Shown in pieces: positions 1 to 9,564 of a DNA stretch of 11,102 nucleotides. The stretch is from Geosiphon pyriformis uo1 (taxonomy: Eukaryota; Fungi; Glomeromycota). Every line of letters begins with the position of its first letter. Positions within the stretch are counted from its first letter, which is position 1. The notes beneath the pieces were generated by a model. It did no database searches and was not told the DNA's origin. It saw nothing but the letters and a program-made list of their open reading frames with translations. The translations under genes were made by a program, and so were the position numbers. The stretch lies in the NCBI GenBank assembly GCA_016748015.1, contig JAAOMT010000434.1, positions 9,023-20,124 of the forward strand, given 5' to 3'.

Positions 1-313
1 TTAGTATTTTAATATTTAATATTTTAAGCTTTAAATTGTTTTTTAATTGAGCGTAATTCAACCGCTATTTACTTTTAACATTTACATGTTCTGTAATAAA
101 AGTGAATAATCCTCTTCCTACACGTGACCATGCATCCGACTATTATTTAAAATATTAGCAACCGAAATAGATAAACCGTTAAAAAATTTAATGTTTATAC
201 AACAAAAAACATTTATTTTTATTTAATAATATATAAATAAATATCAGTCTTAATTTTAGTTAAAGTTATTGTATAACCTCAAAAAATGGTATATAATTTA
301 AATAAAATAATAA

Positions 314-367
314 AAGAAGAAGAAGAAGGAGAATAATAATAATAATAATAATAACAATAATAATAAT
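314..367. repeat. Compound trinucleotide microsatellite (GAA)n(AAT)n
   Basis: Directly visible: aagaagaagaagaaggagaataataataat... Confidence 0.9.
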
Positions 368-800
368 CAAAATATTAAATTGCCGAAATAGAAATTTTTA
401 TTTTATTTCAAAAATATTAAACTATCAAAATTTTTTATTTTTTCTTGGACAAATTTTAATATTCAAAATTATAAAATAATTTTTTTATTTATAAAAAAAA
501 AACTATTATATTTTAAAAACAAATCATTATTCATTGTTATTTATTATGGAAACATAAAATTTATAAAAAAATTCTGCAATTGTTAAAATAAAAAAAAATA
601 TTATTTTATATCATTAGCGATATAATTTTTTAATTTGAAATTTTTAATATTAATAAAATAAAATATTAAATATTAAATATTTATAACATATAGTTTCCAA
701 AAATTTAAAATAACATAAACTTATAATATTTATAAAATTATAAAAAATTAAATGAACTTTTTAAAATAGTAATTTTAAAATAAATTTTTAATATATATAT

Positions 801-810
801 AAATTATCAA
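801..810 (+). repeat. Target-site duplication, left copy (AAATTATCAA)
   Basis: Identical to 3069-3078 and lies immediately before the element. Confidence 0.75.
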
Positions 811-3068
811 AAAAAGCTTTTTGTCTCCTTAATTTTATGACCACGACCAGAGCAAAGAATAAAAAAGTTGCACTTAATATCTTTCCTGAGATATTTAATA
901 AAATTTCAACCAGAGGAGCTCTCTCTGTGGTAGAAGCAACTAGGCAGAACGTTTTAGAAGCCTTCTTTTTATCTAGTAATCGTAAAAAGCTGCCTTTGGT
1001 AGCTACTGAAGCAACTTCCTCATCTTTGGCTGGTTTTTTACCAGTCAAAATCTCTTCAAAAAGACACATTTGAGTTAGTCCCAGTGTTGCCTCTATTTTT
1101 ACTAAGAGCCCAAAAGTTTTTAATAATAGACCAGTTAACAAGCTGATATTCTCCTTCATGGCTTCAATATCTGGTGCTGCTAGCATCTCCTCTTCAAAAA
1201 AATGGTTAATAAGACCAAAAGTTCAGAAAAGTGAGAGCAGTCGCTTGCTTTTGCTATTGTTATACTGAACCCCTTTGTGGTTTTTAATGAGATCTTAGAT
1301 GAGATCTCTATAACATCATCTGATATATCATCTAAGATGGGCTAAGATCAATCACTAGCTGTATTGCCAAATATGGAATCTGCTGGCAAATTATTGCCAG
1401 TTTTATAAGCAAAACAATTATTTTCTGTGGTATTACTTATTTCTGAGAACTGGACTAACTAAATAGAAACTGAATCATTTTTTTCTTTGGTTTCTGGTGC
1501 TGCTGCTGGTAGTGCTTGAAAAACTATTACTAGTTATCAAAAGTTTGCTGGATAGATGGTCTCTACTCTGGTGTCTGATGCTACTTTCAAGATCAAATTG
1601 GCTTATATTAAGGCTGTTTTTTAGTTTATACATGATTTTTTGGATGCAAAATCTGTTTCTAAGGACAATGTGAAACTCTTTTGTATTGAGTTTGCCTTCC
1701 AAAGTTCTCTGGATGCTGCATTTTTAGTTGAGCTTACAAGCTCTGTTTGTCTTGCTACTCTTAAAATTGCCAAGTTTTTGGTAGTTTTTGAGTATGGTTT
1801 TTCTTCTACTGTTGTTGTGCTGTATAATATGCTTTTGAGTGTGTTTGCTGCCAATATTAAGTCAGCTCTTAGGGTTTTTGGTGAAGTTTCTCATGTCATG
1901 CTGAAGCCTGCTGGTGTTTGGCAATATGTAGTTGTTTACTTTAAAGAATTAAATGCTGTTGTTTTTGCTTTTACTGACTGATCAATTTTGGTGGACAAAG
2001 ATAGTGTTCATATTTTTCTCTTTATCAATCAAAATAAGACAATTTTGTTTTGTAATCAGTTCAAGACCAAGTTGGTCAACCTTTCTTCTGGCTGTATTGC
2101 CTTTGAGATTAGTGATATGATCTCTCAGATCGGTAGCTGGACTTATTTTATTTCTCATTTACCTGATTCTGGTCATTGTTCCCAGTTTGCTTTGGTTATA
2201 TTTGGTTCTCAAGTTGATTTGAACTCTGCAGTTGTTAAAACTAGTACTTTGAGAAAATGCTGTATTTGGTAAGAAACTCTTAGTTATTGTATTGCTTTAA
2301 CTGTTAGAAAATAGGCAATTTGGCTGTGAACTGCAAAGTCGCTCCACCTTTACCTCCCAAAGCTCTCAAGATGTTTAAACTATATTTTGTAAGTAATATT
2401 TCTTATGCAAAAACTTCTGCTTTCCTGGTTTTTTCTGAGTTTTCTCTCTTGGCAGCTTTTATTTCTTCTTCTATGGTTGTTGATAATTTCTTGGTGTTTT
2501 TTTGGTTAACTTTATTGGAATCTAATGTGGTTAAGCTTTCTGCTTTAATTGAGTCTATTGTTAAACCAGTTGGTTCTTTGGTCAAATTGTTCAAACAGTT
2601 TATTAATAGAAATTTGATTTCAAGCAGTAAGCTTAGCCTTAAAGTCAATGAAATTATAGTACATATTTAAGTTGGAAAGAGAAGTGGTTTTTTAAAAAAG
2701 AAGTGCTGTATAGAGAATATTGATATGTCTGGTAATTCAGAGCACTCAGTTGGTTTGGATGATAGGATGTTTTCTAACTTAATGTCCTTTTGAAAACATA
2801 AATCTATTAATGTTAAAGCTGATGCTTTGAAGACAGCCAAATAGCTGATTGAATTGGTTTTTTGCAGTACTACTTTGTTTTTTGTCATTCAAAAGATGTC
2901 ATCTTTGGGTAAGTTTTCTTTTGGTATATCAACATAGTATAGCCTGAGCTGACTCAAGTAGCTGGTTACATGTAGAAAGTATGTAAGCCACATCTAATTT
3001 AAAATTCTATGTAGTTATATTGTATTAAATAGTGGTTGGGCCTTATTTGTTAAACTTTAATAAAAAAA
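811..3068 (+). mobile_element. Non-autonomous, ORF1(Gag)-only non-LTR retroelement, apparently full length, decayed
   Basis: Flanked by an exact 10-bp direct repeat AAATTATCAA (801-810 and 3069-3078). It ends in AATAAA (3059-3064) running into an A tract (3062-3071). It has a 26-nt leader, one disrupted ORF (837-2937) and a ~120-nt 3' UTR. GC content steps up sharply at both boundaries relative to the flanks. Confidence 0.85.
837..2937 (+). pseudogene. LINE-type ORF1/Gag-like nucleic-acid-binding protein (RRM-like domains, CCHC zinc knuckle, helical C-terminus), ~700 aa, disrupted
   Basis: The + ORFs at 837, 1640, 1988 and 2320 join through 1-nt frameshifts at the A run 1196-1202 and at ~2289. 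RRM-like segments: KLFCIEFAFQSSLDAA; VVLYNMLLSVFAANIKSALRVFGEVSHVML..QYVVVYF; KLVNLSSGCIAFEISDMISQIG..FALVIFGSQVDLNSAV. Decayed knuckle CFNC*KIGNLAVNC at 2293-2334 (Cx2Cx4[H>N]x4C), followed by Pro-rich VAPPLPPK. Probable natural stop TAG at 2935-2937. Internal stops are TGA/TAG/TAA at positions where Trp or Gln is plausible. Confidence 0.85.
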
Positions 3069-3071
3069 AAA
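3059..3071 (+). terminator. Polyadenylation signal and poly(A) tail of the retroelement
   Basis: AATAAAAAAAAAA, about 120 nt after the ORF1 stop codon. Confidence 0.7.
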
Positions 3072-3078
3072 TTATCAA
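3069..3078 (+). repeat. Target-site duplication, right copy (AAATTATCAA)
   Basis: Identical to 801-810 and merges with the poly(A) tail. Confidence 0.75.
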
Positions 3079-3745
3079 GTTATTTTTTCAATTTCATGTT
3101 TTCTATAAACTGAATTAGTAATAAAAATTAATAATTTAATAATAACAATAATTAATTACAATTAAAATCTACTGTTTTTTAAATTGATATTAATAATTAA
3201 TTTTATTTAAAATATAAATTATTTAAATTTTTTTATTAAAACATTTATATTAGTAAAGCAATAAATAAAAATAGAATTTATATTAAATAATTTATACTTT
3301 TATTTTTAAAAAATCGAATTTGTTTTAATTAAACATTTTATAAAAATTTATTAAAAAAATTAAATTTTTTATAAAATTTGTTAAAAACTAAAAATAAAAT
3401 TAACTTTACATTATTATTTTTATAAAAATTAATTGAATTTAATAACAAATTTTTTTAATCATTAAATTTTGTTTAATTAATTCTACTATTATTTATAATA
3501 ATACCATTTTTTAAGATTTAATTGATTTGTTAAACTATGTTAACATAGAATAACAACATAAATACAAACTCTTCTTTTTAATAATTACTTACTAAACTAT
3601 TAAAAAATAAAGCTTTAAAAGAAACTCTATTCGAATAATACTTATTTACATCTTATTTGCTATAGAAAATTTTCAAATTAAAAAAACTCTCTCAGAAGCT
3701 TATATTAAAAACACTTTTCTATATGCTCATAATTGCAATAAGTGT

Positions 3746-4790
3746 TGGATTATTATTTCCATGAGTTGGTACTGGCACCTAATATAGATTAAAAGATTCA
3801 AGATTATTTTTTGTTTGTTAAGCCAAATAAGTATATGCCTTAAGTATTAATGAATATTTTAATTATAGTAAAAGATTTTTTGAAATTCAAAGTATTATGT
3901 GTTTTCAGCATAGAAACCAGTGATTATTGTAGGTGGTTACAATATTATATCTATACTTATTTGCTCTCATATAATTGTAAATTTGTTGAACAACCATTTT
4001 TGCTTTGTTATTATGCTGATAAAACTTAAAAAATGTTCTTCCACCAATATTTTCTAACACATGTTTTTTTTAACTTCAATCATCAAGATTAATGGTTCCA
4101 CAAAATAATAACAAATAAAATCTGGTATGCCAGAAGTATAAGTTCCTTGCATTGAAAAGTCAAAATCAGGTTCCATAAGTTTATTTAATATCATACAAAT
4201 ATTGATATTTATGACATTATAAAAAACTTTTTCATTGATTATGACAAAATTATTATTAAATTTTGGCTTCTTGAATCTCAGTTGTTGATTGAAGTGGAAT
4301 TGGTCACTTTTTCAAGAAAGTTATTCCAAAACAGTATATTTGTCAGTAAGTTATCATTGACTTTTATAGTAGTCTTTAATATAACATATGTTGAAAAATA
4401 TATTACAGGTAGTGATATAAATAACAGCACATCTTTCAAGCTAATTATAATTAGAAAAGTAAACTCCAGCTAGTGATAAATTCACAGTATAGAAAACACA
4501 TTACTATGTCTATTCTATCTTATATATACACTACTCTATGTTTTCAATGTCTAAGTTACAAAGTTGTTACTTGTCAAATAGAGTTTAAGTTACAGCTTCT
4601 GTATTTTCATTTTTTACTTGTTACATCTTGTCATCAGTATGTTCTCTTGTCTCTCTAATCTTTCTAATTCTTTCCTCTTTATGACACTAAGCTTGATCTT
4701 AATGTTTAGCACTTTTAATCTCTCCAGTTTTGTTTTTATGTCATTATACTCCTTTTTGGTGTCCTGGTATGTCTATTAAATAATACTTAT
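3746..4790 (-). pseudogene. Crinkler-associated restriction-endonuclease-fold (PD-(D/E)xK) protein of the type expanded in Glomeromycota; pseudogene, 3'-truncated
   Basis: The minus strand reads a coiled-coil N-terminus (YQDTKKEYNDIKTKLERL...KELERLERQE), with the putative start mutated to ATA at 4790. A probable intron ends ...ataattag at 4441. Then LKDVLLFISLP..KTTIKVN..LFWNNFLEKV/DQFHFNQQ..ICMILNKLM, GIPDF (4131-4117), LILMIEVKK (E at 4077), QQIYNYM (3988-3968), TTYNNHWFL (3937-3911), ISK..LKAYTYLA. Frameshifts at ~4306 and 4064-4071, plus many stops. Confidence 0.8.
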
Positions 4791-5609
4791 ATTGAATGAT
4801 TGTAAAGTTTGTTTGGATATGCTGTGCAATATTATGTCAAATATACTAATTCTAATCAGTGGCTTAATCAATAATGTATATATTAATATTGGTTTCTCTG
4901 TATACAAAATGTAACCAATAATAATCAATGCGCAGAAATTACATTAACATTATGAGATAAATGAGTAATTTACTATAAAATCAGGACCAATTTACTCATA
5001 TTTAGAGTAATCGCATTATATTTTAAAATAAAAAAAATAAAAACTTTTTTGCTTGAAATTTAACATATGTTATAACCATGAACTTAAAACAGTTAATTTG
5101 TTGATTAAACATAATGATTTATTCTGATGTTTTTTATTTATTATTTTAATATTTATCTATTGTTTCTAATATAATATATTGAATTGTGTTGAATTCGTAA
5201 TATTTGTGGCACAGCAAACCAAAATTGTTGCTATTCTTACTCAAGTACATAAAAAATCATGGAAATTTGTCCTAATCATCAATAATTATTAACAATAATA
5301 GAGAAACAAATGTTTGCTTTATGTTTCTAGTTTTCACTTTTTTCTTGGTTTATCATAAGTTGGAGTTAAGATTTGTTTATTAGTTATGATTTTTTTTTCT
5401 TGGTAAATTTCATAAATGATTTTTTCTTGATCAAAATATTCCTAGAGAGTTTTGGTATTATTAATTTTAAAAACATATGGAACAATTTTTTCTCTTTGAG
5501 CTTTCTTTAAAATGCTTCGAATAGTGCTGAATTTTTTTGTTCTATGGTGGATTTGATGTAAATTAGTTTCATATTTATATTTTTTATATAGAGATAATCC
5601 TATATTAAT

Positions 5610-5767
5610 CCGGTAAATTTGGGTACAAGTTATTGTTGTGATAATCAAAATGCTATTAGTCAAATTAGTTAACTTTAGCCACATCAACCTCTTATTTATG
5701 TCACATAATAGAATGTTCACTTTGTCTTGTTTTGTTGCAGTCTGCACCATATAATAAAAGAAAGCAT
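5610..5767 (-). pseudogene. Possible HMG-box (MATA-HMG-like) remnant
   Basis: Across three frames, in the correct order: MLSFIIWCRLQ / LCDINKRLMWLKLTNL / D**HFDYHNNNLYPN. This matches the HMG pattern N[AS]FI.., EISK..W..L, H...YP.Y. It needs at least two frameshifts. Confidence 0.35.
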
Positions 5768-5831
5768 TTTTTAAAAGAGTCTACCTTCTTAATAAAAAAA
5801 TTCAATCTAAAAAATCAAATTGCCTAAAAGG

Positions 5832-7250
5832 CTAAGCCTTAAACTTTAGAATATGAAAGAAAGTTCTAAAATAGGCGCCTACTTCATAAACCCCTTTTTG
5901 ATATTGCTTAAATGGGTAGAGATCGTCCGAAAAGAGACTGAATGTATTTTCAATTTTAAATGAAAACAAATTTAAATCCCCATGATCTAGTTTTAATGTT
6001 CGCCTTTTACAATAATAATTTTTGTTTAAAATAATAGCAAAAAGTTTTATTTTAGAATCTGATACGATCACAAAATCAAAGTATAATATTAACAACTTTT
6101 TTACATGGAACAATTTTTATAATTAATAAAACGCAGAGAAACGTTAATAAAATTTCGAAAAATTTATTAATAATTTTTTTGAAATAAAAAATTATTTTGA
6201 ATAAAAAAATTTCCAATTTAATTTAATTAAATTTGGTTCATTAATAGATGAGAAATTTATTAAGTTTAAACTGAATTTTTATAAATCAAAGATTTTTATT
6301 TTCTCAATTAATGTCTAATAATTTTTATATTCAATTCTTATATTAATAAATTAATTAATTAATCAATCAATCAATCAATCAATTCATTCATTCATTCATG
6401 AGAAAAAACTGAAAAATCAATATAAAAATTTAAAAATTTTAAATCTTAATTTTCTAATTGAAAAATATTTAAATCTCTACCTAATTTTATTCTGTATTAC
6501 TATAAATTGATTTATATTATTTATTGGCTGGCCAGCATTGCATTTCTTCAAAAAATCACAAATTAATTATTTTGTTCTCGAACTCATTAACTTACATCTA
6601 TCTATTTAATCTAATACCAATCTTATTTTCTCCAAACATGACTCTATTCAGAAAATAAGTTTCAGGAACTTTTTCAACTTTTTAAGTTACAGTCAAAACC
6701 CCTACATTTATAGAATGATATTTTTTATTAAGTTTTCTCCATTGAACATTCACATATTCTGTTTCAAAAAGTTATTTTCAACTTTATGCATGAAAAATAT
6801 GTGACATGATTGTTAAAATAAGTGATTTAACAAATTTTCAATATTTTTTTTTAACCAGTCGGGCAAAGACAACATTACCAACCCTCGAAGCACTAAAAGT
6901 AATGGTTCTGAGTTTCAAGGTAGAAAATTTAATCTTTGAAGTAAAACTAGTATTATCAATCCAAATTGAACTAATTCTCTTAATGCAGCGATTTTTGCAT
7001 AAACTATTAGATTTTTTTGGTGAATTAAAATTTTCTTTGAGTTTTAGAAATAGTGAATTGAGAATAAAACTAAATAGCTCTGAATGAATAGTCAAAAAAA
7101 ATTTGCAAATCTTCTTCGATCCGAATCAATCTATTGGGTTTGAATGTTATTACTCCATATGTTGTCAGCTTAGTGTTTCGAGTTGCCCATTGTTTTTTTG
7201 TCAACTCAGGTGCTTTAAATAATTTTAGGCTGAGTTTCTGATTTCATTAA
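5832..7250 (-). pseudogene. Class 3 lipase (Lipase_3, alpha/beta hydrolase) pseudogene A, multi-exon, N-terminus missing
   Basis: Motifs in the correct order: FKAPELTKKQWATRN (7219-7175); VYAKIAAL (7004-6981, the helix after the destroyed GHSLGG elbow); TFSASRVGNVVFA (6900-6862 = TFGxPRVGNxxFA); ITYFNNHVTYF (6826-6794 = RxTxxNDxVPxxP); FETEY (6768-6754 = HxxxExW); YKCRGF; KCNAGQ (6545-6528); GAYFRTFF (5879-5856, catalytic-His region). Multiple frameshifts and stops. Confidence 0.75.
6348..6399. repeat. Compound tetranucleotide microsatellite (TTAA)n(AATC)n(ATTC)n
   Basis: Directly visible. It lies in a probable intron of lipase pseudogene A. Confidence 0.9.
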
Positions 7251-7282
7251 AATTTATTTATGATGAAAAATTTTTAAGTTAT

Positions 7283-8100
7283 ATAATTTTTGTTACCCTT
7301 AAAATTTATAATTTATATAAAGTTACATCTTTAATCAAAATTAAACGTTTTCCAAAATATCAAGTCTACAACAACAACAACAACAACAACATATTAGTTG
7401 GTAACGATTATGTTTCATTATTTTTTAGATAAGAATTTTATCCTCATACTTTCACTCAAGTTTAATTTTTTAGAAATGATGACTGTGATTGTAATTGCCC
7501 TAAAATACTTGGTATATACATAAATATCCCCTCCCCCTTCCCCTTAAAGTATCTCAAAGCAGAAAAATAGAGTTTAATTAAATTTAATAAAAGTGGTTTA
7601 CTATTTTATTTTGAGTTAGACGTTTTTGGTTAAATTATTAAAAAAATCTAAAATCTTATAACAAAATTTTATAGTAGAGGAGTATCATTAATTAATATTG
7701 TGAAATTTTTGAGAAATTTTGAATAAAGAAAAATTGGACTTTATAAGCAGCGATAAGAAAAAGAAGTTCTATTTTATATATTTAGAACAAGATTATCAGA
7801 CTCTTTTATATATGTAATAATGCCACTAAAAATTTAAAAATATTATGCCTCAATTAAGAGTGTCTTTGTTCGTCTTTAGAAAAGCTTCGAGGTCTCGATG
7901 TTCCGCAAAATGATAAAACCATAATAAATTTATTATTGCAATAAATTTTCGTGATTTATAACATTTAAAGTTCTATTTGCAAAAGATAAGGTGTTATGAT
8001 GGACAACAAAACTATTTCAATTCATTTTCTAGTATTCCAGATGACATTTTTCTATTCTATATAGTAATTAATATTTAAATTACTATTAGTCCATGTTCCC
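7283..8100 (+). pseudogene. Class 3 lipase pseudogene B, C-terminal half only
   Basis: One frame from 7283 reads IIFVTLKIYN (decayed TFGxPKIGN), YQVY(N7)ILVGNDYVSLF (RxxxxNDxVPxxP), PHTFTQV*F (HxxTExW with TGG>TAA at 7463), DDCDC, then a GT donor at 7512. Weaker downstream pieces FYICN, N*EC and ITISPC lie at ~7800-8100. The right boundary is uncertain. Confidence 0.5.
7369..7389. repeat. (CAA)7 microsatellite
   Basis: Directly visible. Confidence 0.9.
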
Positions 8101-8143
8101 AAAATCTTTGAAAATCGTAACGATTCACAAAATATATAGAAAA

Positions 8144-8198
8144 ATGGAACTTTTAATGGCAACAGCATTCAAACCATTTCAACAAGGGGGCATCAAAG
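8144..8198 (+). other. Possible upstream exon remnant of the CWH43-like gene
   Basis: MELLMATAFKPFQQGGIK followed by a GT donor at 8199. It loosely resembles Cwh43 WHFPLWYMGISG. Confidence 0.25.
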
Positions 8199-9478
8199 GT
8201 ATTTTTATTAATTTTATTAGCATTGCATAATAAATAAATAATGCATTCATTAATGATTATGCGCATGTTGTACTTTAATTCATTTGAAAAAAATTTTAAA
8301 TATATTTATTTTGGGAAATATTCACCTCTTTAAAAACTTTAACTTTTGAAATTATGAAACAAATTATTTCAGTTTATTTTGATACTCAAAGTTATTTAAA
8401 TTTAAGAAAATTATCTTTTTCTTTTGAATAAAATTCAATGCTTTTTTCAGATCAGTTATTGTTTTTAATTTATTTTGATAACAGCATTCAAAAATTTTTA
8501 ATATAATTCAACTAGATTTTTTCGAAATTTTTTATTCTTCTTCTTTATTCATGCTTATAAAAGTACCCAAAATTATATTGTGCATTTGAATTTTTTTCTA
8601 CTCGAATTTAAAATGACTTTTATTTTCTCAGATCAATAATGATTAATGTTATTTTTCTTTTGATATAATCTATCAAAAAAAAAAAGGTTTACATTTTACA
8701 TTTTCTCAAATTGTATAATCTAATAAAATAGTTATTTTTTAATGCATTTGATAATTTCTTTAAAATTAAATAGACATAAAAAAATAACCATTAGATATTA
8801 AAAATCGTTAATTTTTCAAAAAAAAAGGGGGAAATTACGCGAATGTACAAAAACATTTAAGTATATTTTTAGCATAAGAGTTATCAATATTAAATTTTAG
8901 TTATTGAATATATTAATTTAGAATAAATATTAAATATATATACTTATATTATATTCTAGAGAATAAAAATCAAAAAACAGCTAAACTAATAACCTGATGG
9001 AATAATACTTTTATATTTAATAACCTTCACACTCAAAAATAGAGTAGATGAGTTATAGTAAACTTTTTTAAAATCATCTTTAACCAAAAAAAAAATTATT
9101 TAAAGGTGTAGAAAAACTATTATAAAGAACCAACAATTTTATAGTTATATATTAATATATTAATATAAATATTAAATAAATTTAAAATGCTTAATTTATT
9201 AACAAAGCCTCATCTAATAATGGATCGCACAATCATGTGAGACTTTGCAGAAATCTTTGCCCATCATCATTGTGTTTATTTAATGATTAATAAAATAATG
9301 AAATCTTTAGGAAAAATATCTAAACCTACCCCCTCGAAATTATGAATTTTATCCCGTTTTAGTTTCTCTTGGAGCTATTATTGGTGTGTTATTATCATTT
9401 CCAAGAAAGTTTCCACCACCACCAACATCAACTATTTCACCGATTACAAAATATCCGGCGTGGCATCAAGAAATCAAG

Positions 9479-9564
9479 GTTTTAAAATTGACTTTGAAAT
9501 TGAATTAATTGATTAATTAAAAGATTTTATCAACAATTTCATTTCATTTCATTTGATTTTTCAG
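9479..9564 (+). other. Spliceosomal intron (GT...TTTCAG) containing (ATTTC)n
   Basis: AAG|GT donor, pyrimidine tract and CAG acceptor. Phase 0 join EIK|ALT. Confidence 0.65.

Noticed and set aside
788-2888. Minus-strand ORFs 788-1186, 1475-1702, 1621-1854, 2403-2648 and 2667-2888
   Set aside because: They are antisense shadows of the + strand Gag-like ORF. The zinc knuckle, start codon and poly(A) tail all define + as the sense strand.
2944-2995. Hammerhead ribozyme suggested by CTGA...GAAA
   Set aside because: There is no CUGANGA core, and the GAAA sits in a hairpin loop rather than at the stem II/III junction.
3080-3740. Possible MITE or TIR remnant in the extremely AT-rich spacer
   Set aside because: I could not identify convincing terminal inverted repeats or a TSD at this base composition.
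4282-4658. Plus-strand ORFs 4282-4473 and 4473-4658
   Set aside because: They are shadows of the minus-strand nuclease-fold pseudogene.
5970-5984. HGDLN in ORF 5832-6113 resembling a kinase/phosphotransferase catalytic loop
   Set aside because: No DFG or other kinase motifs are present. It lies in probable intron sequence upstream of the last lipase exon.
6806-7087. Plus-strand 93-aa ORF
   Set aside because: It is a shadow of lipase pseudogene A, whose RVGNxxFA motif is on the minus strand.
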